Below, piece after piece: positions 1-14,011 of a stretch of 64,000 nt of DNA; position 1 is the first letter of the stretch, and each line of letters begins with the position of its first letter. A model generated the notes under the pieces. The model was not told the DNA's origin and did not search any database. It saw only the letters and a program-made list of their open reading frames with translations. Made by a program: the position numbers and the translations under genes. The DNA lies in the NCBI RefSeq assembly GCF_052425735.1, contig NC_135769.1, positions 18,910,001-18,974,000 of the forward strand, in the 5' to 3' direction. This DNA is from Oculina patagonica (Eukaryota).

Positions 1-336
1 AAACAACTTTTATGTTGGCTCAATAAAATAGCTATTTTATTTTGTGTGAAACATGAAAATGGCCGTATGCATTAACTTTCCCTGAAACATGATGTAGACC
101 CCCCCCCCCCCCCCACCACCACCACCCTTTACTTATACATATCTTAGAGATCACCAATTTTGCCTGAAGGTATGTCTTGTTGTCTCCCATCCCCCTTCCC
201 TCCTCAGCCATCCCTCCTCCCCCCCCCCCCTCCCCCTACCACTTCCACTCCTTTCTTCTTTTCTTATTTTGATAGGTGTATAATGAATGGCAATCGATGA
301 TTCTGAGTCCTGAATACTCCACAAAACTTCACTAAC

Positions 337-691
337 CAATATCACATCCTCTTATGTCTACAAGCTGTAAATTATGCTTTGTCCTTTGTAAACAGTAAGC
401 GAGAAGAACTGCTTTCGGTTCGTCAAAACCTGAGGCATGCTGCAGAACGAGATGTTTCATCGGCCAGTTTGTAATCAGGCTTTTTAAACAGAGCATCCTT
501 GATTGGGAAATTGAGGTCAAGAGAAGTTCTTGTAACACAGTTCTTGGCAACGTAGTCAAGTCGCATCCTTCCACGATACATCCGTCCTGAATAACAGCGG
601 AGGCCGATAACTTCACCAGCGAACTGGCCGACATCTTGGCAACTGAACAGAGGACTGAGATCGAGTTCGTATTTTGACTGCAATTTGACAT
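337..691 (-). CDS. First coding exon of an LRRC14/PRAME-family leucine-rich protein; gene continues beyond the left window edge (alternative start ATG at 634)
   Basis: Translation SSLVKLSA...LTTLPRTVLQELL...RMLCLKSLITNWPMKHLVL resembles the PRAME/LRRC14 N-terminus (SL..L.A, LP..L...L, LK.LV..WP...L); GT donor at 336-335 (ATTG|GTTAGT). Confidence 0.6.
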
Positions 692-1324
692 GTCACGATT
701 GTCGTCACGCCACAGATAAATATGGTCACGCTCTAAAGTCACGGGATGGTCAGGAGTCTAATCATAGGGGATCAAGATACAAACGGCAAAACAACTGTAA
801 AAAGTTGATAATCTATAAACATGTAGATCCCTAAGTAGGTCTATTGAATTTTTCTCCTACTCTTTTACAGTTTCCTACAGATCTTCACATGGCTCTGTGC
901 TCTGTGGCAAACATCCTCAAGGCTCAGGAAAGGGCTCCAGAGAGCAAAATGATGGGGCTCCACTGCACGGCGAAAATTTTTAGGCTGGGGTGTCACTCCC
1001 GTTTGGAACTGCTTACTGCACTATCCCCACCCTACCGCTACTGCGTAAATTTTCGCCAAGACTAATAGCCTGGCTGCTAAGCGCTCAGTTGGACCTTTGA
1101 CTGGTTTCTGACGTTTCTGGTCGTTTCTCCCTTGGGAGAAGAATTCTCTTATTTTCGTATATACACATTCTTGCGAAAGGCGAGCACCAGTGCATGTGAC
1201 CACAGCGTGTTGTTAATTCAACACAAGGCCAAAGAAAAACGCCAGTGTGTCTACAGATATTGCGGTAGATATTACACTCGCTGACGGAACTCGAACCAAC
1301 AAGAAACACTAAAGAAAGAAAGAT

Positions 1325-4300
1325 ATGGTGCAACAGCAAGAATCTTTTTACGTTGTCGCTTGTGCGCTTCTTGTACTTCCTTTTCAAATACACTCTGCTC
1401 ATTTTGGAGACTACAAAGTGCTGATCTCAAACAGTGGACCAACAAAACAAGGAGAAATAACATCGTTTGACGCTGAAGTTGTACTGAATCCTGAAGCGAG
1501 GACGAGTCGACATGTTGCAAATGAAAATATCATCTACGAGTTCTTCTGGAAAGTTCCTTTCGAGCCTTGGATAAAGCACAACAAAACGACACATAGATGG
1601 AATAGCTTTAGGTGGCGATGGAGCAGTAACGGACAAAAAACTGTTTCTGTTTATGTGCGGATTCTTGTTGGTAGTTTATATGGTGGTCGTGATTCTAAAG
1701 ATGAACGAAAATACCACAGTGGATACAGTGCCCACTATGCACAAAACAATACAAACGTCAAAGTTACTGCAGCTAACGGTATTAAGTTTAAAATTTACGT
1801 TTGTGATAAATACCGTATTTATCCGATTAAGCGCCTATTAATTTTTGGACTTGAGAGTAGGTGTTTTTGAAGTGGGGCTCATAATTCGAGGTGGGCGCTA
1901 TTTCGGATCAGCAAAAAGTAAGTTTATTTTTGTAACAAAACAAAGCAAAATTTGACTGTTCAGAAAGTGAAATACTAAGAAACTCGGTCATGAGGAAAGT
2001 CAGTAGTACTTAGTCAATTTAATAATCAATACTCTTGTGCACTTCAGTTTTTTGTGGGGTGGGGGGTGGGCGCTTATTCGAGGCTGGACGCTTATTACTT
2101 TTCCTACCTCAGGGTGGGCGCTTATTCGAGGTGGGCGCTTATTCGAGGTTGGGCGCTTAATCGAATAAATATGGTATTTGGGTAAGGTAAATGTGAAGAA
2201 CAGCTCCCGCTAACCGACTGTCAGTCGACTGTCGGTCGTCTGTCGGCCGATAGTCGTCCGTCTGTCGTCCGTCTGTCGGCCGTCTGTTGGCCATTAGTCG
2301 GCCGGCTGTCGGTCGTCTGTTGGCCGACAACCTGCCGACAGGTTATGGCTATGATGTCGGACAACTGTCGGCCGACAGCCGGCCAACAGGCGGTGATGTG
2401 TCCGTAAGGTGTAGTAAGGTTTCGGTAAGTTGTCGGTTATACGGTAACACTAACCTTTTTGTTTCTTTATGTTTTTCCTCCGTAACGGACCCCAAAATTT
2501 TATGAGAAATTGAAAGGAAAGGTATATACACCTGAGTTTCGGTCATCACAGCCTAAAACTAGCTTCTGCGCTGCCGAAATCGACCGGAGAATTTACGCGA
2601 ACACAGCTACTCCATTTTTGTCCACCATATCGGCCGACAGTTGACCGACAGTTGGTTAGCGGGAGCTGTTCTTTACAATTACCAATATTTGGTTTGTCCT
2701 TGGGAGTGTCATTCATTTAATTCAATAGGTCATTTCTGAGTTACCCTTTGCCTCTGTTTCAAAACGAATCTATGTGCAAAACCATTCAAATGAAAATGAG
2801 TTTAATTTGCATGAGTTGGACCCGTGGGTGAAACTTATGCAGCATGTACTAAAACCCGAAACAAGTGAAACCACCGAAAAGAAACCCCCAAAACAACCGA
2901 AATGGCCTAAGGTGCGAAACGAAACAAAATCACCAAATGAAAACAAGCAAAACCCATAACAATTATTGAGAGCTAACCATAAACAGGCTAACCGGAGTGC
3001 ATACTAGACCATAGAAGGCTAACCGAAGTGAATAGTAGGCTAAACGGAAGGTTTTGTACGGTAAGTGGCGGAAATCTTGAAGTTTTGCTTGTTTTGGTGA
3101 TTTTGAATTGTTTCGGTCGTTTTGGCGGTTTGGTCGTTTCGGTGGTTTCGTTTTGTTGTCTCGGGTTTTAGTACTTGCCAACTTTAATATTTTCATATAA
3201 ATGGTTTTTATACATAGCCTCGTTTTGAAACAGAGGTGATGGGGAACTTGGAAATGGCCTATTAATTTGCCCGCGTTGTTTTTACATCTTTGATGAGTGA
3301 TGTGATTGGTCAATAGCTATATCAACAAAAGTATCTAGATTATATTAGCGGTGAGCACCCATTCTCCTTCAGATTATGTTTGGTAAAGGAGCATGCAAAC
3401 TGTAAATTATGTTGATGTTTGGACAAGTCCCAGTATGGGGGGGGGGGGGGCACTCCCATATGTGAGCTATATAGGTATGTGCCGCTGTGAAGGGTATGCA
3501 GTTTAGTCTAGGACAGGGTATAGAAATCAGAGAGTTTTGGTCCTAAATAGGGTATCATTCGCCTGGAAACTGATCAAAGGTTTGGAAAATTTAGTTCAGA
3601 ATAGGAATAGAGACTCAGAAGAGAAATAGGATTCCCTGAACGTACTGAATAACATGCTTCAATATTTTTTATGTTTTTTTTAAAAATAATAATTAAGTTT
3701 TTTTTTCAATCAGTATAAAAAAAAAAAAAAAGCGAAAAAAAAATATACAGTAAAGATACCAGCTGATTTACTGTTGTGGCCATTCAAAGAGTTGAGCACA
3801 CTTGGCTATTTTGTGATAGCTACTTGTTGTCTTCATGCTGTGGAAGAGAATACGCTCTAGCAGTGCATCCCAATTCCTGCCAAGCAAAGAGTTTGAACAC
3901 CTCTTTGAAAAGTTAGAATATTGTAATTATTTATTAAATTGTTTAAAACATGCTTCCTGACCGATTTGTTTTCTACATCTAGCCACCAACAAGATTAATG
4001 CAACTTTATATGCCTATCAGGATTCCTCAGGATCCAAAACTGGTGATGGGACTTTCCATGCAGGACTGGTAAACTTGGAAGTTAAGATTCACAAACCCAA
4101 AGATCTTGACAAAATAATATGTGACTGGAATTTTGGTGATGGCTCACAGTTGCGTAATTCACACCTGACATATATGAGCCACAATTTTACTACTGTTGCA
4201 TCTTCTACGGTCAATGTCACTCTCCGTGGATGGAGCCAAGGGCAGTTTTATGTTGGAACTGCCAGTAAAACATTAAAATTTACAGGTATGATATGACTGT

Positions 4301-7300
4301 CTTTGTTTTAAAACTGCAGTAAGGGTTGTAATTAGATTTTTACAGTGGAACCCTTGTATGACAAACCCCTTTATAATGAATTTCATAATATGTTCAAATG
4401 ATACTCCATAGCCAAGCCAAATACTAACACTCAGTAAAATGTACTGGAACATAACCCTGATATAATAAACCACTGTAATGATACTATGAACACATTTCCC
4501 CAGTTGCTTGGCTCTCCATTATATCAGGTTTAACTGTACATATTTGCTTTGACCTTTGCATATTTCTTTTAACCCTTTGATCTCCCCACCCACAAAACCT
4601 CATCATTACTTTTGTCCCACTTAATTATAGAAATTTGGTGTTGCATCGAGAAACTGCATTAAAAAGTCACAGAGGGTAACATTTGCAAGCATTTTGCAAT
4701 GCAATTGAAATTGCAACTTGCACTCATCCCTAAACTTCTACCTTATTGTATGCAATATTGCACACAACAATGTCCACAACCTGCAAAACTGTGCAGCAAT
4801 GCCATTACACAACAGTTACTGTTCGCCATATTTTTATGTCTTCTGGCCATCTACAGTAAACTCCCACCTTTATAACGGACATCTTCAGTACCACAACTTG
4901 GTGTCCGCAATAGAGAAAGTTCTTAGTAGTGGGAGTTATTTTCAGTAATTCTTATTCGCTGGGACCTCAATGCAACTCCTGTCCAAACAACAGGGTGTCC
5001 ATAATATCAAGGTGTCCACAAGACGGGAGTTGACTGTAATCCGTAAGCCAAACCAGACCCATGTGTTTCATTATTTGATATATTTTTGTTTTATTCTTTT
5101 CAAGCTGATGTTTCTCCCTATTTGGAAATTACGAGTTCTGCTGGGCCCAAGCTTCCATCGGGTCACACACATGCGATTGCCAAGAACAGTCCAGTTAAAT
5201 TTGAGGTGAAATTTAAGGATCGATTCAAGGCAATAACTGGTGTATCTATTGATTGGAAATTCGGTGATGGTGCTTTGGTGACAAACTGGAACAACACAAC
5301 AATATTTCACACATATAACAAAGAAGGGAACTATCGTTTGTGGGTGACTATCAGGGTCCACACCAAGTATCAAGGGAAAAAGTCATTTGATCCAATTGTC
5401 AAGTATCTTTATGTAAAAGGTTGGTATATGCTTTTCTTCTCACGATAGTTAAGTTCTGTTAATTTACTACATGGTTATAGCTTTTATTTATTAGTTAATG
5501 TTAATGTGATCTGAAAAGTCTGGAAAGTGTGAACACTTTGATAATTTGAGTTTGATTTTTTCATTTTTGATTTAAGTTTGACATGACACTTTGATTTGAG
5601 TGCTGTGTAGTGTTGAAATGCTCGGAGATACAGTCGAAGCTCTCGTAAGCAGACACCCTCGGGACGCGAAAAAAGTGTCCGTAACTGGAGCTGGCGGCTT
5701 ATGAACCGAGAATGGTTCTCATAAGCGGCCACTAGAGGTGTAAGGGATAAATGGCCGCTTACAGGAGCTTGCCGTAAGTGTAAGTGGTGTTTCGAAAATG
5801 TAACCAGACGTGGATGACGACAAAACAAACACTGAAATATGTTACTGTAATTACTGTAAAATCATTGTGACTCATTGTGACGAACGGCGATGAAAAGTTG
5901 ATTGGTAAGAACAAGATACAGAGGTTGTTTATAGGATTTTCTTTGGGGTGTCCGCTTACGGGAGCTCAAAAACAAAGAAAAAGTCTAACTCGTTATCTCT
6001 GAAAGTGCCCGCGGCTGCTTACAGGAATGTCCGCTTACGAGACTGTAAAAATACAGAGTTTGTATGGGAGTTAAAAACGGGGTTTCAAACCAGGCGGCCG
6101 TAAGTAGAGCTGTCCGCTTATGAGAGTGTCTGTTAAGGGAGCTTCGACTGTATTATTATTTAGCTGTACAAGCTACTCTGAAATCTGACGGTAAAAAACA
6201 GGATGATGATGATGATGAGTTGATGTGAGAATTGTGCTCAGCTTTGACCAATCAGATGGTAGATCAAACCACATGTGAATAATTACCATTCTCACACACA
6301 ACTGGGAGCCAAACAACAGACAAAAATGTGACCTATACCCCCTCCCCCCCCCCCCCTTGCACACTAGCACCCAGACTCAAAGATCATTGTGCAAGAAAAA
6401 TGTTTTCCACTTCCTTTGTACCTCATCCTGTGGAAAACATCACTTCTATGTACTTGGGATGGTTTGTACTGTATATGAATGTACACTGACATATTACCTA
6501 TATATGATTCTTTGTATTGCAGCACCTGTATCTCTTGCAGTGCGGCACAAACATGCAGCCAAAGATAAAATGGTGACATTTGACATCTCTTGTAATGGAA
6601 GGTATGTAATTAATTTAGGTTTTATGCACACTTTTTTGTTTTGCCTAAGTATAATCGTATAGTAGTGAAAGTGATTGTAGATGTAATTGTAGTCATGTCG
6701 TAAATGATGTAAGTAGCGATTTGTTATTAAGTAAGGAAACTGTATTGTAGTGCAAGTAGCTGTGTTGTATAATATTTGTATAATAAGTAGTGTGTTGTAA
6801 TGAACTGTATTGAGCCTCAGTGTTGTAAGTAGGGTTGGCAAATTCATTAAAAAAAAAAAAAAAAAGTTTTGCCTTCACAAAGAGACTACAAGATTCCTAA
6901 ATTATCCAGTGTTTTAGATTATCTTGTAATAAACTTAACCTTTTTAAAACATTTTTAGTTTCTACAATGATAACAATCCTCTCGACTTCATCTTTTTTTA
7001 TTTCTAGTCACTGTAGTTTCCTGTTGTGCAGGTCATGCCTCTTTTCAGGGACAAGGTTCTAGGACTTTTGTCCAAGCAAGTTTGCTTTAACAAATCTTTT
7101 TCATGCAATTACAATGTAACTTCACTCAAGTTAGTGTTATAGTTTTCCTGCATCATTCTATTTTCACTTGCATCTAAGAACTTTCCAGGACATGCCACTT
7201 ATTTTCCAAGACTATCTGCAATTTTCAGAAACAGTGTGAGCACAACTGTTAATTCTGCTGTTTGTTTCTTGCAGTCTTCCTGTATCCTTTCACTGGTGTG

Positions 7301-10300
7301 TTTCAAAACAATGCAACCTGCCACCAGGAAAGATGTGCAGTCCCATGATGGATCACAGAAACTCTTGTAGTTTAATAGTAAATCACACATTCCGTGATTC
7401 TGGAAAGTATTGTGTCAATGTTGGAGTAAGGAATGATGTCAGTGGCACAAATACTTCCCTGATGGTACAAATTCCAGGTATGTTATTCATTAATATTTAC
7501 AGGGCAATTGTCTTCAACAGATAAAAATGTATAAAAAGTAAAACACTAAATTGTTGAATCTCAGTAAACTAACGAGCGGTCCGTACGGACAGTGTAGTGT
7601 TTGATACAAATGTGCTACTCAGGAAAATATTAATACTCACCCCCCTCCCCCCTTCACCCCAACATCCAACATCTCTGGAAATTTCGGTTTATCTTCATAC
7701 TTTATTTTAAAAGTTTAATTGTGAGACCCCCTCCCCCCTCTCCCATCAGAATTTCCAATGAACCTCTGTCGGGTGGGCACAAAGATTTTCTGGAATCACA
7801 ATAAAAGTTGTTAGCAAGCAAGTAAGAAAAAAATCATGGGTTGCACAGGAATGTTAGAAGTTGTATTGTCAGTGTTCAACATAAAATGCGAACAGTTAAA
7901 TACTCGTGATAATCAATCACGATCTCGCGAGGTTAGCAATGAATACCAATATCCTGTTCTAGCTGCAGCTTTAGAAAAAAGCAAAACAAATCGACAAATT
8001 TTTTGCAATTTGAAATAACGTCATTTGTTTGATATTTTTAAAAATTCGGCTGAAAACCATCCGTCTTAATTGACTGCTAACATTTGATGTATATACACGA
8101 TCTTTTTAGCTTTTACACACAAGATTAAGGTGTCTTCAGCCTCAAACCTGGCTGGTACTGGGTTATTATAAGTATCACATTTATGCGACGGTAAAGTCAG
8201 ACGCATAACACAACAGTTTTTAAAGGCAAAATAAAGATGTCGCTGGTTCAGGAAATCTACGGAGTGGATTTTCCTGTAAGTTGTTGTGAGTAAACTTCAA
8301 CTGTTTGGCAGCGTTTTGGGGTAATTACAAAAAACTTCACCGTGGCATTTTAAAAATAATCGCATTTTATTAAAAACGAAGGCTTCCGAAAATCGCTCAT
8401 AACTTAAACAAATCACGTTTGATCGCTATAAAACTTATCATTTAATATAATTTAAGCATGATTCGTTCAGATTCTTAAAAATCTAAGCAATCGTTCCACG
8501 TTTTCCCGTCTTAAAATGCGCTTAAAAAAGGGAACTGTCAGCCTCATAAATACCCGCGGGCCACCTTAAATGCAAAGATTTGAATCTTGTCTAATTAATT
8601 GCGTGCGACCTTTGAAAGCCCCAAAATGAATATTGTTTTACTTTAAGAACAAAAAAACCGCCATGCAAACCCCTTTGTAAGTTTAGCACGCACAGTGGAA
8701 ACAGCTGCTCTCAGTACTTTAATTAAACGCTACCAAAATCGCTGTCTTTAAAATTTGGATCACCAATTGCAGGATTTATTTTAGACTGTCCATAGCCCTC
8801 TATTTTTTCGTGTTTTTTCGATCGATGAGCGCGTGGTGAGAACGGCGAGAGAACTGGACGCCAGCGCAAAACGGAAGAAGCAAGGGGGGTGGGGGCGGAG
8901 AAAAATCGAGAGGCTGTGGACAGTCTAGATTTGTTTTTATCATCAGTACACTTCAATGCAATGCACACATGCCGACAAATAGTGGCAGCTTGCCGAACAT
9001 GATATTTAACATCACGCGAAAACTTTACAGCTAAACGGTCAAATCTATTCGCGGTCTGAAAACATAAGCCCCCATCACACAGTCTAAACGGCCAGTTTAG
9101 GACTTTATCGAGGATATTGCGACAAGTCCTGCTGCAAGGCAGGCGAGAAAACTCAAGCTAATGGTCCTTGTGACGAACCATTCCGCTCTCAGACGAAGGA
9201 CAATTTGCGTGACCGATTGTTGATGTTTTAGGAAAAGAGCATGCTGCTTTTAAATTACTCGTAGTACATTAAAAACTTTCGCTTTCATGTTTGACAAATA
9301 AACTTAACTTGCAACTCGAAGTTTTTGACATGTATTTGCAGTTTCTTTTGCGGCGAAAGACAAGAAATTCTTGCAATTCATACTGGGAAACGCGAGGATT
9401 TGCATCTTGCATATAATTACATACGATCTTTTGAAAGCCGATCTTTCGAAATGAATGGCACGCTTGTTCTACTTCAGTGCGCATTAGTCCACACCTAGCG
9501 TTATCCCGGTAGCACTTTTACCTCACCCACAATCACCACATAAGTGTAGTTCAAACACTACACTAAAAATGATATGAATAAATAATAAGATTTGGAAGGA
9601 ATGTGTTGACAGATCAATGTGTCCGTCTGTGATCACATTAAACTGTCAACTGTTAACTTAATAAATTTACTTCAGAATGCTGTTTGGTTATAAATGCTAA
9701 TTAGTTTGACCCCTAGAAATTTAGAATGCTGGCACCCTGTTAAACTGGAATGAAATGAATTTATCAAAATCTGGCTGGCTATCACCCTTGCACTTTGCAA
9801 TCGAATTGTGTTTCATGCACAAATAATTCAAAGTTGCTAAGATTCTTAGCTGAATGCTCATTTTGTGCAAATAATTTATACGCTTATTTTTCTTGGGAAA
9901 TAGCAAAAATGTTTGAGACATCTGGGATTATAATCAATAAATTTAAGGACCTAGAAAAACTAGGATATTTTTTTTAAGGTTGTGCTTATGTTGTTGTTAA
10001 TGTTCTTTTAAGGTGATATTCCAAGACCTAAACACAGCACTGGCAAAAATACAGCAGGAGTTCTTGTTCCCGTCATCATCGTCTGCTTCTTGTTAATTTT
10101 CATTGTAGTAGTTGTGCGGAAATGGGTTTATAGCAGAAGAGAAAAGACAGAAAAGGCTGACTTTGATTTCAGAGATGAGGATACTTCAAGTTTGTCCTCT
10201 GTGGATTTGTATGGCAAAAGTTCTTGTTTTCGGAAGTGTGGAATTTGGGGCTCTTGTAAAAGCCAAGAAAGTGTTCCCCTTCGAATCCAGGCTGCAGATT

Positions 10301-10320
10301 ACAAACTATATTCACTATGA
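1325..10320 (+). CDS. TMEM130: TMEM130-like PKD-domain type I membrane protein (PMEL/GPNMB/TMEM130 family), 553 aa; join(1325..1778,3983..4285,5105..5419,6523..6601,7275..7477,10013..10320)
   Basis: All introns GT-AG and phases consistent (1662 nt total); signal peptide, PKD motifs WNFGDG and WKFGDG...HTY...G.Y, FDISCNGSLP, YCVNVGVRNDVS, transmembrane segment VLVPVIIVCFLLIFIVVVV, and cytoplasmic KADFDF resembling the TMEM130 tail motif. Confidence 0.8.
1813..2174. mobile_element. Tc1/mariner-type MITE
   Basis: TIRs ccgtatttatccgattaagcgcc / ggcgcttaatcgaataaatatgg flanked by TA; internal gggcgcttattcgag repeats. Confidence 0.75.
2181..2683. mobile_element. MITE with long TIRs and 8-bp TSD (GG..CC termini, Merlin-like)
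   Basis: ggtaaatgtgaagaacagctcccgctaacc / ggttagcgggagctgttctttacaattacc; TSD AATATTTG recoverable after removing the 1813-2174 MITE; internal tgtcggccga repeats. Confidence 0.7.
2724..3263. mobile_element. MITE (aataggtcattt...aaatggcctatt) with a nested inverted-repeat element at ~2846-3174
   Basis: Outer inverted termini; inner gtactaaaacccgaaac / ctcgggttttagtac with gaaac-rich subterminal repeats. Confidence 0.6.
5631..6150. mobile_element. Tc1/mariner-type MITE in a TMEM130 intron
   Basis: ta|cagtcgaagctc ... gagcttcgactg|ta; repeated ccgctta motifs. Related short TA-flanked cagt...actg MITEs at ~4343-4536, ~4853-5036 and ~23576-23765. Confidence 0.75.
8782..8927. mobile_element. MITE with 9-bp TSD (Mutator-like); same family as 31448-31645 in opposite orientation
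   Basis: tagactgtcc...ggacagtcta TIRs; flanks gatttattt / gatttgttt. Confidence 0.75.
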
Positions 10321-12234
10321 ACTCTTCAGTTATTTTAAAGAATACCTTAACTGTTGACATTTGTACCAAATTTTCTATTCTCACAAGGAAAACCAAGTAA
10401 CTATCACAATCTTGAAGTTAAAACATCCATCAACTCAATTTTGTGGGTAATATTGTTGGGGAATAGCTTTGGTTTTTCTTTGCTACGCTAGAAATGAACT
10501 TTGTTTGAAGAAAAACTAAGTCAAACAGGGCTCAAGACTAGTTTTGAACAATTTGAAACGATATGAAGTGCAGAAGAGATCAATAAATTAATGTCTAGTA
10601 TACAGGGATGTTTAGAGGGGCTAGGTTATGGTATTTTAGGTAATTCTATTTATTTCATTAATTAAGAGCTCTAAACTTCAAATTGGCAGAGCAAAAGTAT
10701 TTTATTGGCAAATTCACGACCATATAACAAATGAGGATGATTTTCAAGCATTGTAAATGACACTTTAATACAAATTAAGCTAAACTTGAAAATAGTCAGG
10801 TCGACGTTTCTAAGGTTAACCGAACGCAATGTGTTTTAATCTTCTCAAATTTTGCCTAACAGAGCCCGTTTTTGGCCTTTCTGTTTTCTTTGTAGTTATT
10901 CTACAGTTTTAAGCCGTTGTGATATTTCAGTTAATTCTATGACCAGTAGGTCACTGCCGAAATTGCCTAAAATTGCATGACATAGCCCCTTAAAATGACC
11001 ACTGATGGAACAGAACTCTCTTTGAACTTAAGTCAGTTTACCAACAATGTATCTTTGAATGTAGTCAGCTGCACTCGTGAAAATTTTTAATAAGTAAATA
11101 AAAAATTTATTTCATATTAAAATTATTTTATATATATTTTACAGAGTTAATATCAACATAATAGTTAGAGCATAAAAATTACTTTTAACAATAATTATTT
11201 TATAAAATTTTGTAAAGAAATGGAAAGTGTACAAAATAAACAAATAATATATTAAGTAGTTAACTGTGCTGTCTGAGAATGTTTGTAGTAGTTTAGCAGA
11301 AGTGATAAAATTAAATTCCAAAAAACTGACTAGTTATGTTGTAGCTTAAAATTAATTTCAGGTGAAAACGATTTTGAACTAGCTTGCTGGCTTATGGCAG
11401 ACTTTTTTTTTTTCGTTTTTGGCTACGTTCGAAGAGGATGATGGAAAGGACGTAGAAATAGTAACGGCGCTTCACAATTTAAGTTCGGCCTTCTCTCGAT
11501 GCCTTGCGCGCCGCTCAAAAAGCAAGAGAAGTGACTGGGTACGAGTCTGGGCTTATGGGTATAGATCTGGAACAAAGGACCAGAAATTCACTTTAAACTG
11601 CAACTGTTACAATAAGCAACGAAAAGCAGGCAATTCAACATTTTCAACTTTAGTAAATTTGACAAAAAAGTTTTAATAGAACAATGCACACCCTACATGT
11701 ATAAAATCATACCAGACAGAAAGACTTGCAAATAAACTTTTTTATTAGAAATCAGTTATTTTGCTTGTGGTTTGTAAAAATTAATTTATTATTATGGTAC
11801 ATTGTATACAACTTGAAAACAAAATCACAACACAAATTGGGCTGGAGCAGAAAGTGACCAAGATTACAAAGAAGACCTTCATGCCACATTCATGCCAAAA
11901 CACTGATGAAGAATCAAGCTTTCCAATAAATAACAAACTACCAGTGAAGCTATTCAGGGCTGACAGGTGAAAAAGAAAATTTAACAAATAATACAATAGC
12001 ATTGTCAAGACAAATCTTTTCTAATAAAGATTTGAAGACTTGCAAATGAAAATAACTACCGGTAATCTCATTTTCATGGGATTTCTCCTGCCAGTAAATT
12101 TGTCCTGGGGGTGGTTGGTAGGACAAATTAGAGATGTCACTACATGTATTGCTTTTAAAATATGTAATGTTTTTATGTACATCTAAGTCTGGTTCGATCA
12201 ACAAAAGATGAATGTTTATATTATAATGGCCTTT

Positions 12235-13667
12235 TCAAGAGCATTTCCATACACAGACTGCAACAGTCCCTCCAAAATACATATAAAGAAGATTCTTGAC
12301 TTCATGTGTGAGCTCAAAACCAAATCCTTCACCCACTACTGCATGCCATGATGAGCCAAATTTCTTATCCAGACTTTCTTTTATCATCTTCGCAGCAGCC
12401 TGAAAACCAGCAAGATAACAAACGTCAAGTGAAGTCATGACACCTGTATCATAACACCTTAATGCGGTTTTCAGTGAAATGCCAACTCTGAAATTCAACC
12501 CTCAATCAACGGTTTACGCTTTTTGCTGCCGTCAATCATCTTAGCGGACCTCTCGGGAAACAGGAGCTCACTTCAACCAGGTCAAAAGGTCACGTCCATC
12601 AGTTGTGATTGATAGATTTCGATCCATTTTGTTTGTTTCAGTTTTTCATGGTTCGTTGGCTGTCGCCATAATTATGATTGACGGCAGTGAAAAACGCAAT
12701 CGTTAGTTGGATTTTGAATATTAGAGTTCGTATTTCACTGAAAACCACAATAATTGAAGACCATTTTATTGTAAGATTGTGAAAATGTCTTGAAGAATGA
12801 GAAAGGCATGAATTCAGTGGTCATGAGTAATGACAAACCATAAAGTCAGAGTTCCCTGATGACAGTGTTTCAACCCCACCTGGCCCTGCAAGCATCAGCT
12901 CACAGTATTGTTGATGTTCTGTAAAGGATGTGTCAATGGGTCTGTATGGTGGTATGTACATGTGCTGTATATAATAATGTCAGGTAATGAAATCAGAAAC
13001 CCTTTGAGTGATTACATCATTTTTTTTACACTCTTCAACAGCAACCATCCTTTTTTTTAAGAATTGTGCCCTAGCAAAATGTGATACTGGAGTTTAGGAG
13101 AGAAATTTTTTTAGTGTGTGTGATGAAAATGGCTTTTGGAGGTATTTTGCATTATTTGGGGATCAATCTTTTTTTTTATAGAAAGGGATATTTTTTGGAG
13201 TCTGGAGGAGAGGGCTGGGGGGAGGGTAATTGGATCATAAAGTTAACCATCACCCTTATTATCGTCGTCATCATTACCACGAGCTTGTTAAAGTCTTTTC
13301 CTTGGATGGTGAACTATCTGCACAAAACCAACCTGCAACACTTGCAGATCAGATCAGACCGAACAATAAATTATATTTTGCACTATTTCATTAGTAAACA
13401 AACCTCGTTATTTGCTGAAAACTTTTCACAAGCTGTTACACAGAGCTCCATCGCTTCAGTTCGCATTTCATCATTCATGTCCGAGTACTGCAGTTTAAAT
13501 ATCCAGGGAAAACATTAAAAAAGATTGCAATATTCGGAATTATAAATTTCATTTTTTTGCAACTGACACTCGCAACAGCTTACACGTATCAGAGGGTAGC
13601 TGTGAAGCCTTTTGTAATCGTATCCTCCACTTTCCTGTGCTGCACCTCCTTCTGGATTTTCTGCCAT
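12235..13667 (-). CDS. DNAL4: Dynein axonemal light chain 4, 110 aa; complement(join(12235..12399,13404..13487,13584..13667))
   Basis: Spliced product MAENPEGGAAQESGGYDYKRLHSYPLIRYSDMNDEMRTEAMELCVTACEKFSANNEAAAKMIKESLDKKFGSSWHAVVGEGFGFELTHEVKNLLYMYFGGTVAVCVWKCS closely matches DNAL4; GT-AG introns, phase 0. Confidence 0.96.
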
Positions 13668-13764
13668 GATATAAACCCTTTAATAAACGGCAAAAATGCA
13701 AAAAATATCTGCGCTTTTACTTCAAAACATACAAAGATGGCGCCGATCTATCTTTATGGTATTC

Positions 13765-13778
13765 GTTTCCATGGAAAT
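13765..13778. promoter_or_regulatory. RFX X-box in the DNAL4/ENDOV bidirectional promoter
   Basis: GTTTCCATGGAAAT, a near-palindromic X-box about 100 bp upstream of the ATG of a ciliary gene; a YY1-like AAGATGGCG motif lies at ~13734. Confidence 0.6.
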
Positions 13779-14011
13779 AAGAGCCTCGTTTTCGGTTGTT
13801 AGTCTCGCGCGCGATCACGCGAAGATTGGATTTCGCGCGAAATTTTCAGCTGATTTCTGATACAAGTCTCTATAAAATCTTGCAATCTGTTTTCTTTGTC
13901 TGTTATTTTGCTAAAAGAGGGGTTTTTTTTTCTCGCATGATTTTTTGATTGCAATGATACTGGTGAAACTGTATCGGTTACAAATCCTGGTTGAAGGAAA
14001 CAAAAATCAAA

